In this document: one piece after another, positions 40,801 through 48,712 of the stretch
Layout: each line of letters starts with the position of its first letter
How positions within the stretch are numbered: position 1 is the first letter of the stretch
Source: an uncultured virus (IMG/VR IMGVR_UViG_3300025141_015636)
Taxonomy: Duplodnaviria; Heunggongvirae; Uroviricota; Caudoviricetes
Strand: one strand, 5' to 3'
DNA length: 64,000 nucleotides
IMG/VR virus record: IMGVR_UViG_3300025141_015636
The notes under the pieces: model-generated
Database searches by the model: none
What the model was told of the DNA's origin: nothing
The model's input: only the letters and a program-made list of their open reading frames with translations
Program-made: the position numbers and the translations under genes

Positions 40801-41020
40801 AAGAGCAAGATTTGTTGCAGATGTTACACCCTTGCTGTCAAACGTTCAATCACAGCAAGGTATAGACCAGTTTAAAGTTATTATGGATACAAGTAACAAT
40901 ACATCTGAGGATATAGAGAGCAATGTTCTTAATGGAAGAATTGTTGTTGTTCCAACAAGAGCAATAGAGTTTATAGCAATAGACTTTATTATAACACATT
41001 CAGGTGTAAGTTTCGAATGA
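37841..41020 (+). CDS. Tail sheath protein 1 (gp18-like)
   Basis: SPGFFEREIDLS, GPAFVP, PWFAPAGFNR, LYESRVNPI, FGQKTL...ALDRVNVRR, EFIAIDF. Confidence 0.95.
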   Translation: MAEQTFKSPGFFEREIDLSQRDKTISGIPAGIAGTSHMGPAFVPVTVGSFSDFENRFGGLDPDKFGPYAVKEFLKHRTAVTYVRVLGAGANDSTTDFDNTLTAGITKGAGFKIKGEMAAEGSVSAHGRGAGCVQFIVGRHYVSASNEAVGYPMLSDNDSFFRTGGSFAYMVRGMLMCASGTRFEIMNINSGSYSTGIGANNDTAGVGYTADDGGLFKLIISSSAGSTFSSDEGNSGIRIYTASLDPTDDAYIANILNTDPKFFQKEQHLLYAHFPVESEVATLDWSKTKASVALTSGSALTSAASGISTETFANAYGRFDSRFTTPATTWFISQPYGTNAYDLFKVETISDGAYANSKFKISIRDIRKSVDPSSPFATFTLEVRDFDDVDTNAKVLERYPGCTLDKNSSDYIARKIGDFKAYYNFDAEQDSEKMVLVKGQYPNVSSRVRVVMAGGLVAGDVPDDAMPFGFRGLPVVKTSDTLSDTRLPVPGIGSPKQPRRLSMDLGDMNIYTPSAASTTYWAEILAMTGSILPPIPMRFKVTRGTIDKTPTFTGQAGGDERVDGRFYWGIKSTRLPRTGSKADAIFNSNASSELNPIVREYTKFLGIQKLDVLVTGSGADKFNNNMFTLARVALYNSTGSTSGNLDKSIPAVITGSAKEHMLNTAYIRNGDPDPKEYLIDDDDMKRLTFASLASITSSVYFNKFTDYAKFTNIMHGGFDGLNILDKHMANMDDQSCSSDTGGYASGATLDIGLRDLIVGSGKYNANVSSYRAAARILTDEVSSRVNIIVIPGIRDSSLTDYVMERLEDYGKAFYIIDVPSYDADQVRLFDGSSKAPNVGMTAQNFAARSINNNFSAAYFPDVTIGDPINNRPVQVPATVAALGALAYSDSVSYPWFAPAGFNRASLGFVSNTKVRLNQGDRDELYESRVNPIASFPRAGYVIFGQKTLQLGRSALDRVNVRRMLLEVRRVVSEVANLIVFEQNTPETRARFVADVTPLLSNVQSQQGIDQFKVIMDTSNNTSEDIESNVLNGRIVVVPTRAIEFIAIDFIITHSGVSFE

Positions 41021-41023
41021 TGA

Positions 41024-41030
41024 ATATTTA
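41024..41030 (+). promoter_or_regulatory. Putative late promoter (ATANTTA)
   Basis: ATATTTA 23 nt before sheath 2. Confidence 0.45.
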
Positions 41031-41053
41031 TCAGTGTACAATGGAGAACATGA

Positions 41054-44000
41054 ATGGCTGAAGTAGTTTACAAAAGTGCGGGAATATACGCAACAGAAAT
41101 AGATTTGTCCCAGCCCACGGCGAGAAAGCCATCTGGAACACCAGCAGGCGTTATTGGAACTTCAAACCAAGGGCCTGCATTTATTCCTGTAACAATTGGA
41201 TCTTATGAAGACTTTGCAAGAGTATTTGGTGCAACAGACGGTGAAAAATTTGGACCGTTAGCTGTCTATGAATTTCTTAAAAATGCGCAGGCTTTAACAT
41301 ACCTTAGAGTTTTAGGGGCTGGTGATGGTAATAAAAGAAGCGGAGATACAGGAAAAGTCACAAATGCTGGCTTTACTGTGGGTCAGTCACTACCACTAGG
41401 TACAGGAATATACGGAGATAATCCATATGCAGTTGCAGATGGTGATACAGGAAGAACATACTTTCTTGGATGCTTTATGTCAGAGTCTGCTGGAAGTAGA
41501 ATTTTCACATCAGCGGGAATTTCTAGACTTCACAGTGCTAGTTCAATAGTCAGAGGAGTTCTTTTAGCAGCATCAGGGGTTATACTAACACTATCTGGAA
41601 ATAACAGTCCGGCTGGAGCAGCTGGGCAGCCTTCAAATACTGTTGCAGCAACAGCAGGAGCAACAACACTAAAAGGTGGAATGACTGGTTCTGTAAGAAT
41701 ATCTGACGGTCAGTTTACATTGCTTCTAAATGGTCATGTAAATACAGATCTTTATCCGAACACATTAACAGCTTCGTTTGTTACAACGGAAAATTCATAT
41801 TTTGGAAAAGTCTTTAATACAGACCCGCTTAAGCTTCAAAAGGCTGGACATATTCTATATGCTCAATATGATATAAACTCTGCATATGCACATATAACAG
41901 GATCTGGTATACTTTCTGGAAGTCGACATGCGACTGGGCAACATCTTCTTGGAACATCAGAAGAATTACAGGATATTGGATTCTTGCTTACAGGATCAAA
42001 TGCTAGAGATACAGCAACAGGTATTGCACCTAATTATGAGTCATTTAATGATAGATTTACGCATGCAAAAACTCCATTCTTTATATCTCAAGATTTCGGA
42101 GGAACAAAATATGATCTATTTAGAGTTCACTCGCTAGATGATGGTTCATATGCAAATGACCTTATAAAGATATCTATACAATCAATTAAACCTTCAACAT
42201 CTGATACAGATAAGTTTGGAAGATTTGACTTATTAGTTAGAAGATTCGATGATCAAGATCACAAAGTAATTGCACTAGAGAAGCATCTTGGCTTAACTTT
42301 AGATCCTAGCAGTGATAAGTACGTCGCAAGAGTTATTGGTGATCAAAACATATATTTTGACTTCGATCAGGCAGCTGGTAGCCAAAAGATCGTTGTAAGT
42401 GGAGATCATCCTGGATCTTCAACACTTATAAGAGTTGAAATGTCAACTACACTTAAAAACGGACAAGTGCCAGATGCAGCACTACCATTAGGGCACAGGG
42501 GACCAGATCATCTTGTAACATCCGGAAGTGGACCTTTAGCTTGCTTCCCACAAGTTCGAACAGCAAAAGTTGGAATTCACAGATCAACAGGATTTATTAC
42601 AACACCTAGTGCACCCAAGCTTCTAAAAGAAGCTGTTACAACACCAGTTGACTATAGGGAAGATATAATGATGGGAATATCTCCAGATATCAAGCCGGGA
42701 TCCTGGCTATACTGGGGGACAAGATTTGATGAAAGAATACCAGATGTTTTAGTTGATAGAACTGGTGAAGAATCAAAAGTTCTAAGAACACTAAATAGTC
42801 CTACAATTTCAGATAAGACAATTGCAAAGGCAAGGGTTAAATATTTTCCATCATTCAATCCTGGAACATTTAACTTTGCTGTAGGAAACAATCCAGGAAA
42901 AGCAGACTCTGGGGGCACAGTACTTGATTGTGACAAGTTTAATAAGAATATCTTTACTCTTGAAAGAATAAGAGTTAGAACAGGATCTGACGGAATTGCT
43001 GATACATCTGAATGGGCAAGCTCTTCATATGTAAGAGGCGGTGCAATATCAACGGATCATTCTACAAAGACAAGAGCTCTAAAAGTATCAGACTTAAAGA
43101 CACAAGGAAATAGAAAATACGCAAAGTTTACTGTATTCCTTCAGGGTGGATTTAATGGTACGAATATATTTGATAAGAATAAGAGCGAATTATTGAATAC
43201 AGCATGCAAGTGGGAAATGGATGATTCGACAAATCAGGGCGGTGTACAAGGTCCTACAGTTTCAACATATAGAAAAGCAATCGATATCATGGGAACAAAG
43301 GCTGATGCAGATATAAATCTTCTTGCAATACCGGGGCTTAGACATACAAGTGTAACAGACTATGCAATAGATGCAATTGAAAGTAGATTTGATTCAATGT
43401 ATATTATGGATATTGAAAGTAGAGATACATCAAACACAGTAATAACAGCATCAGTTGATTCAGATGGTGAACCTATTACACCAAACGTTAAGAATACAGT
43501 TGCAGGATTTCTTGCACGGTCTGTTAATACATCTTTTGCTGCAGCATACTTTCCAGATATAGTTATAACAGATCCGACTACAAAGACAAATGTAACAGTT
43601 CCGCCTTCTGTATCGGTTCTTGGTGCAATGTCTTTAAATGATGCAGTATCTCATCCGTGGTTTGCTCCAGCTGGATTTACAAGAGGCGCGCTCGGATCAG
43701 CACTATATGCTGCAAGACCTTTGAATAAGACAAATCTAGATGATCTTTATGAAGCAAAAATCAATCCAATTGTATCATTTACAAATGGAAAAGGTCTAGT
43801 TGTATGGGGACAAAAGACACTATTCCAAAATGCATCTGCGCTTGACAGGGTTAATGTTAGAAGGCTTCTTATAAATATTAGAAGGCAAGTTAAGAATATC
43901 GCAAACTCAATGCTATTTGAACCCAATAGGCAAGAAACACTTGATAGATTCAACTCTCTAGTTAAGCCAGTAATGCAAAGAGTTCAAGAGCAACAGGGTG

Positions 44001-44161
44001 TAGATAAGTACAAAGTAATTATCGATACAACTACAACAACACAGCTAGATATAGAGAATAATACACTTAGAGGGAAAATATTCCTTCAACCAACAAGAAC
44101 AGCAGAATTCATAGCACTTGATTTTGTTGTTGCAAATTCAGATAATTTTGATGATGCGTAA
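41054..44161 (+). CDS. Tail sheath protein 2 (gp18-like paralogue)
   Basis: SAGIYATEIDLS, GPAFIP, PWFAPAGFTRG, WGQKTL...ALDRVNVRRLL, PTRTAEFIALDF. Confidence 0.95.
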   Translation: MAEVVYKSAGIYATEIDLSQPTARKPSGTPAGVIGTSNQGPAFIPVTIGSYEDFARVFGATDGEKFGPLAVYEFLKNAQALTYLRVLGAGDGNKRSGDTGKVTNAGFTVGQSLPLGTGIYGDNPYAVADGDTGRTYFLGCFMSESAGSRIFTSAGISRLHSASSIVRGVLLAASGVILTLSGNNSPAGAAGQPSNTVAATAGATTLKGGMTGSVRISDGQFTLLLNGHVNTDLYPNTLTASFVTTENSYFGKVFNTDPLKLQKAGHILYAQYDINSAYAHITGSGILSGSRHATGQHLLGTSEELQDIGFLLTGSNARDTATGIAPNYESFNDRFTHAKTPFFISQDFGGTKYDLFRVHSLDDGSYANDLIKISIQSIKPSTSDTDKFGRFDLLVRRFDDQDHKVIALEKHLGLTLDPSSDKYVARVIGDQNIYFDFDQAAGSQKIVVSGDHPGSSTLIRVEMSTTLKNGQVPDAALPLGHRGPDHLVTSGSGPLACFPQVRTAKVGIHRSTGFITTPSAPKLLKEAVTTPVDYREDIMMGISPDIKPGSWLYWGTRFDERIPDVLVDRTGEESKVLRTLNSPTISDKTIAKARVKYFPSFNPGTFNFAVGNNPGKADSGGTVLDCDKFNKNIFTLERIRVRTGSDGIADTSEWASSSYVRGGAISTDHSTKTRALKVSDLKTQGNRKYAKFTVFLQGGFNGTNIFDKNKSELLNTACKWEMDDSTNQGGVQGPTVSTYRKAIDIMGTKADADINLLAIPGLRHTSVTDYAIDAIESRFDSMYIMDIESRDTSNTVITASVDSDGEPITPNVKNTVAGFLARSVNTSFAAAYFPDIVITDPTTKTNVTVPPSVSVLGAMSLNDAVSHPWFAPAGFTRGALGSALYAARPLNKTNLDDLYEAKINPIVSFTNGKGLVVWGQKTLFQNASALDRVNVRRLLINIRRQVKNIANSMLFEPNRQETLDRFNSLVKPVMQRVQEQQGVDKYKVIIDTTTTTQLDIENNTLRGKIFLQPTRTAEFIALDFVVANSDNFDDA

Positions 44162-44196
44162 TTATAAGCATAGTTATAGTTATAAGCATAGTTATA
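44162..44196 (+). repeat. Perfect 17-nt direct repeat containing three ATAGTTA motifs
   Basis: TTATAAGCATAGTTATA at 44162-44178 and 44180-44196; ATAGTTA at 44170, 44176 and 44188. Confidence 0.85.
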
Positions 44197-44223
44197 AACA
44201 AATGACTTTAGGAGAAAAATAAA

Positions 44224-44715
44224 ATGGCCGAAACACTTTCAGTTACGGATATGTTACCAAATAAATTTGAGCCGAAAAGACAGTTTCGGTGGGTGTTTGC
44301 AATAGAGGGAATAGATTCTTTTCTTATGAAAACATCTGCAAGACCTCAGATGCAATTTCAAGAACTCCCAATTCCGTTTATGAATGCATATAGATATATA
44401 GCAGGAAGAATGACATTCCAGGAAATGTCAATCTCGTTATATGATCCAATCGCACCATCAGGAGCTCAACAGGTTATGGAGTGGATAAGAACTCACTATG
44501 AGTCAGTATCCGGAAGAGCAGGATACGCAGATTTCTATAAGCGCGATATACAGATAAAGTTACTTGATCCAATTGGAACAGTAGTAGAGCTTTGGGATAT
44601 GAAAGGCGCATTTATAAAATCAGTAAACTTTCAAACTCTTACATACGAAAATGATAACGCACCTGTAACAATTGATATGTCAATAAGATACGATAATTGC
44701 GTATTACAATTTTAA
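44224..44715 (+). CDS. Tail tube protein (gp19-like)
   Basis: FEPKRQFRW...RP...YIAGRMTFQEMSISLYDP...YKRDIQIKLLDPIG.VVE.W...GAF; follows the sheaths; SD AGGAG. Confidence 0.9.
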   Translation: MAETLSVTDMLPNKFEPKRQFRWVFAIEGIDSFLMKTSARPQMQFQELPIPFMNAYRYIAGRMTFQEMSISLYDPIAPSGAQQVMEWIRTHYESVSGRAGYADFYKRDIQIKLLDPIGTVVELWDMKGAFIKSVNFQTLTYENDNAPVTIDMSIRYDNCVLQF

Positions 44716-44736
44716 TATTAATATTATCACTATAAT

Positions 44737-44770
44737 AAAAAGCAGGCTCTTTAGCCTGCTTTTTTATTTT
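44737..44770 (+). terminator. Rho-independent terminator after the tube gene
   Basis: AAAAAGCAGGCT-CTTT-AGCCTGCTTTTT followed by further T residues. Confidence 0.9.
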
Positions 44771-44796
44771 ACGAATATACATTTTTTTAATATCTT
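44768..44796 (+). promoter_or_regulatory. Putative sigma70-type promoter for the gp26-like gene
   Basis: TTTACG - 17 nt - TATCTT, directly after the terminator. Confidence 0.35.
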
Positions 44797-44821
44797 TACA
44801 AAAGACAGGGAGAAAATCTAA

Positions 44822-45628
44822 GTGTCTACAGAAAATATAAGTACTCAAAATCTTACAAAGGAAAAATTTGATTGGGAAGTTCCAATAGAAGCAGTTCCAA
44901 TTCCATCAAGAGGTGCTGTCTACCCAGCAACAAGTAGTCTTTGTGGAAAAGATTTAGTAGAAATCAAAGCCATGACAGCACAAGAAGAAGATATATTATC
45001 ATCACAGGCATTAATAAGACAAGGAACAGTAATAACACAGCTTATTAGATCTTGCATGATTGACAAGTCAGTAGATGTTGATCAAATGTTAATTGGTGAT
45101 AGAAATGCACTAATGATATCAATAAGAATAACAGGCTATGGTTCTTCGTATAAGGTTGATGCTTTATGTCCATCATGTTCTCAAAAAAGTAGTCAAGATT
45201 TTGATCTTGGAAACTTAGAAATAAAACGTCTAAAAATAGATCCTGTTTCAAAGGGAGAAAACTTATTTGAATTTAAGTTGCCAGTAACAGGAAAAACGGT
45301 CCAGTTTAAGTTTCTCACAGGAAGAGATGAAAATGAAAGAAGTACACTTCTTGACAGGTCAAAGAAAATAACGGGCGGCGCGGGAATTGAGAGAAATATT
45401 ACAACAAAACTAGAGTATCACATAATATCTGTAGAAGGAATAAGCGATAGAAATGCTGTTTCTCAGTTTGTATCTAAAATGCCTGCAAGAGACTCTAGAA
45501 GTATTAGAAAATATATCACTGAAAATGAGCCTGGAATGAAAATGTCTGTTGATATGCAATGTCCTCATTGTGGTTCTGTATCGGAGGTTGCGCTACCTAT
45601 TGGCGCAAACTTTTTTTGGCCCAACTAA
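44822..45628 (+). CDS. Baseplate hub assembly / tail chaperone (T4 gp26-like)
   Basis: IPSRG..Y, MTAQEEDIL, GDRNALMISIRI..YG..Y, CPSC, LPVTGK.V.FKFLTG.DE, CPHC, and a C-terminal FFWP; lies between tube and tape measure. Confidence 0.8.
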   Translation: MSTENISTQNLTKEKFDWEVPIEAVPIPSRGAVYPATSSLCGKDLVEIKAMTAQEEDILSSQALIRQGTVITQLIRSCMIDKSVDVDQMLIGDRNALMISIRITGYGSSYKVDALCPSCSQKSSQDFDLGNLEIKRLKIDPVSKGENLFEFKLPVTGKTVQFKFLTGRDENERSTLLDRSKKITGGAGIERNITTKLEYHIISVEGISDRNAVSQFVSKMPARDSRSIRKYITENEPGMKMSVDMQCPHCGSVSEVALPIGANFFWPN

Positions 45629-45926
45629 AGGTCTAAAAATAACATTTCTAGAAGAAGCGTTTGTTCTAAATTATCATCTTAACATAAGCTATTCTGATGC
45701 AAGGGCAATGCCGATAACATATAGGCGCTGGTTTATAGAAAGATTGACAGAAGAGTTCGAAAGAAAAAGCGAAAATGCTAAGAAGAATCAAAGAGGAACA
45801 ATTGTAAAAGATATTCCAATGGGAGATATTGCAGAATCAATGCAATCGATGTCTGATAATATATCTGGAATAGCTGATGGATTACAATCAAATCAGTCAT
45901 CTAGATCATTTAAAGGTTTTAAGTAG
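45600..45926 (+). CDS. gp51-like hub assembly protein, possibly made as a frameshift fusion to the upstream gp26-like protein
   Basis: FLEEAFVLNYHLNISYSDARAMPITYRRWFIERL resembles the gp51-type motif. It is in the +1 frame across a T7 run; only weak TTG starts (45549, 45600) precede the conserved part, and the first ATG (45708) falls inside it. Confidence 0.6.
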   Translation: MAQTFFGPTKGLKITFLEEAFVLNYHLNISYSDARAMPITYRRWFIERLTEEFERKSENAKKNQRGTIVKDIPMGDIAESMQSMSDNISGIADGLQSNQSSRSFKGFK

Positions 45927-45946
45927 ATGAAACTCTTTTTTATGTA

Positions 45947-45953
45947 ATATTTA
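45947..45953 (+). promoter_or_regulatory. Putative late promoter (ATANTTA)
   Basis: ATATTTA 20 nt before the tape measure start. Confidence 0.45.
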
Positions 45954-45973
45954 TTATACTATAAGGGACTAAA

Positions 45974-48448
45974 ATGTCGACACTTTCCCAACAAGCTGAA
46001 ATTATCGCAGGTATAACTAGATCTCTACAGCAAGCTGCTACTGCTATGAAGTCTGCCTCTATTGCACAGCTAACATCGCAAGCAGCAATTGAAAAAGCAG
46101 CAGGTCGAGACTCATCGCAGCTTGATGCTGCTCTGAGATCACTTAGTGGAGCAGCTGGTGACGTTAGACAAGCAAATAGAAATCTTGTAACAACTACAAA
46201 CGACATACAGCAAGGGTCATCAGACATTAGAGGTGCAGTTGCAGGCTCTATGACGCAGGCAGACGGTGTCCTAAAGAATGTAAATGCAACTCTAGAAAAC
46301 CTAATCTCAGATGACCTATACGATAGGATGAGTGGAATTCAGAATAGGCTTGGAGGAATAGGTCAGGGATTCGGCGCCGCAGATACTGCAGGCGGCAGAG
46401 TCGCAAGAATGTTTACAGAGATGGACCAAGCCCTTCAGGGTGGAGATTCAAGTGTCTCAAGTCTTGGTATAAATTTAAATGACCTTCTCGGTGAGATCAA
46501 CGAAGCTTCAAAAGCTCTTGACGTAATGATAACAGGAACACAAGGGACTGTTGACGGCTTAACAGTTATGAAAACTGCAACTGCTGATACTGGTCTTGAA
46601 ATGGCTGTCTTTGGAACAACAATGGGTTTATCCGCAGAAGAGACATCAACTTTCATCACAAGAGCAATTACTCTGCAGAATGAAGCTAGTACAGATATGC
46701 TTAGAGATGCTGCTGTTTACTCAAAGAGAATAGCCGGTATTACCGGTGACTCTGCAAAAGTTATCATGGGTGAAATAGAGCAGATTGTCAGAAATACAAA
46801 TAACTACGGAAATGTAACTATAGAGACAGCTGCAATGATAGCAGGAACTCTTAGACAACTTGGTATCGACTACGAAGACTTCAATGGTATGATTGGTAAG
46901 TACCTAAGCTTCGATTCAGCTGCACAATCAGTCTCAGCTCTAACATCTGTTTTCGGTGTTCAGATTGACGCAATGGAGATGATGGAGCTTGCCAATGAGG
47001 ATCAGTTTGGATTCCTTCTTAGGATGAGAGAGCAGTTCCTATTAACAGCAAAATCTGTCGACGATATGAGTCAGGCGGAGTTAAGGCTAATCCAGAGCCA
47101 GCTTGGCTTAAGTGATGTAGAAGCTGTCCAGAGACTTCTTGACCCTGACAGGGAGATTTCCTCAATGGAGGACCTTGCCGGAGCAACAGAGGGTGCAGCA
47201 ACCACGACAGAAGGGGCAATAGAAGAGCTCAAGGACGAGCTAGACAGATTCGGCGATATATCAGAAAATACAATTGAGAGATATGCGGATAATCTTCACA
47301 AGTCTGTCTATGCACAGACTCAGACAACGCTTATAGATGCAGCAAGGCAGTATGACCGCTTCTATGATGAAGTAACTCGAATGGGACAGGAGCACGGAGC
47401 TGATGTAGGACAGTCAGCAATTGTTCAAGGAGGCGTTGAGCAACTCACAGACGGTCTTCTTGACGCTGCAGAGGAGCTAAAGGAAACTTTTGAAAATGCA
47501 TTTAAACAACTTCCAAGATTTTTTAGAGCAGCACTTACTGCAATGGGTGTCGAATTTGAAGAGTCAGATTTCAGTGAGGAAAGCCCTACTAGCAAAATAA
47601 GTTCTGAGTTTGCATCGACCTGGTTGAATGCTATATGGCAGGTCCCACCAGCAACATCCGAAATGCTCGCAGAGATGGAAGGATTGACAGCCCAGTCATT
47701 GCAAGTTCTTTCTAAAGATACTGATTCATGGGCTGGGCAAGTAAAGGAGAGATCTGATCAACTTGGTTTGAGTTGGGATGAGATGGGCACAGGCATGCAG
47801 CAGGCATGGATGCAAAGATATAATATGTCTGCTGAGCAAGGCAGAATCTTAGTTGCCGCATCGCAAGATTCAGATCAAAGAGAGGCAAGAACAACTTCGA
47901 CAAGAATAGCAGAAGCACTTGAGAGATATAAAGATCAATATGCTGGTAACGAAGAGGGTTTGCGCGCACAGCTATCACAGCTCGCAGCGGGAAATAATCT
48001 TTCTCTTGATATGCTAACTCAGTACTATCAACAAGCAGTTGTCGGCGGAAACGCACAGTCAGATATAATATTTGAATCAATCAGATCTCTCCAGAGAAGA
48101 GGAGTATCAACCTCTGCAGAAGATAACGATACTGAGGAGCGAAGACTTCGCTCTGACGCTGAGCGCAGAGCTGCTGAAGCTTCAAGAATAAGAGAAGCGA
48201 ATGGAACCACCATGGCACAAAATACTCTTATTACTCAAATAGCAACGGCTATAAATGCAATGAAGACAAGTGTAGATACTCTAAATAGAAACTTTACTGA
48301 AGGAAATATAACTGCTGTTGTTCCAAATATTTCAGTTGAAGTCGACGGAAATGCAATTGCAACAGCGGTTGCAGATGTAAGAGCAGATGGCGGTGGATTT
48401 ACAACAGGCAGAGGAAATAGACTTGCATTTGAGCCGCAAAACAGTTAA
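45974..48448 (+). CDS. Tape measure protein (putative)
   Basis: 824-aa Ala/Gln/Ser-rich helical ORF directly after the chaperone pair; C-terminal ISVEVDGNAIATAV is typical of TMP ends. Confidence 0.75.
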   Translation: MSTLSQQAEIIAGITRSLQQAATAMKSASIAQLTSQAAIEKAAGRDSSQLDAALRSLSGAAGDVRQANRNLVTTTNDIQQGSSDIRGAVAGSMTQADGVLKNVNATLENLISDDLYDRMSGIQNRLGGIGQGFGAADTAGGRVARMFTEMDQALQGGDSSVSSLGINLNDLLGEINEASKALDVMITGTQGTVDGLTVMKTATADTGLEMAVFGTTMGLSAEETSTFITRAITLQNEASTDMLRDAAVYSKRIAGITGDSAKVIMGEIEQIVRNTNNYGNVTIETAAMIAGTLRQLGIDYEDFNGMIGKYLSFDSAAQSVSALTSVFGVQIDAMEMMELANEDQFGFLLRMREQFLLTAKSVDDMSQAELRLIQSQLGLSDVEAVQRLLDPDREISSMEDLAGATEGAATTTEGAIEELKDELDRFGDISENTIERYADNLHKSVYAQTQTTLIDAARQYDRFYDEVTRMGQEHGADVGQSAIVQGGVEQLTDGLLDAAEELKETFENAFKQLPRFFRAALTAMGVEFEESDFSEESPTSKISSEFASTWLNAIWQVPPATSEMLAEMEGLTAQSLQVLSKDTDSWAGQVKERSDQLGLSWDEMGTGMQQAWMQRYNMSAEQGRILVAASQDSDQREARTTSTRIAEALERYKDQYAGNEEGLRAQLSQLAAGNNLSLDMLTQYYQQAVVGGNAQSDIIFESIRSLQRRGVSTSAEDNDTEERRLRSDAERRAAEASRIREANGTTMAQNTLITQIATAINAMKTSVDTLNRNFTEGNITAVVPNISVEVDGNAIATAVADVRADGGGFTTGRGNRLAFEPQNS

Positions 48449-48469
48449 TTTATATGGTGGAAATTAAAA

Positions 48470-48712
48470 ATGAGTGAATTGATAGATAATATACTTAGTA
48501 CAGATCTTATGAAAATGATATGCAAGGATCTTTCAAAAGAAGAGGCTGAAGATCTTATAAGCTGGATGGAAGATAATATAGAACCTATAGATATTATTAG
48601 AAAATCTATAAAAGATTTATCATCAACAGATGACGGTTTTAATAAGCTAAACGAAGCTTTTGAATATGTATTCTCTGAGGAAGGAATTGAAGAGTGGCGA
48701 GGGAAAAATTAA
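48470..48712 (+). CDS. Small acidic hypothetical protein
   Basis: 80-aa ORF filling the gap between the TMP and the tube initiator. Confidence 0.65.
   Translation: MSELIDNILSTDLMKMICKDLSKEEAEDLISWMEDNIEPIDIIRKSIKDLSSTDDGFNKLNEAFEYVFSEEGIEEWRGKN

Noticed and set aside
44162..44196. Direct repeats here and at 59468-59510 as a mini-CRISPR array
   Set aside because: The repeats are 8-17 nt with no spacer-length unique sequences, and there are no cas genes.
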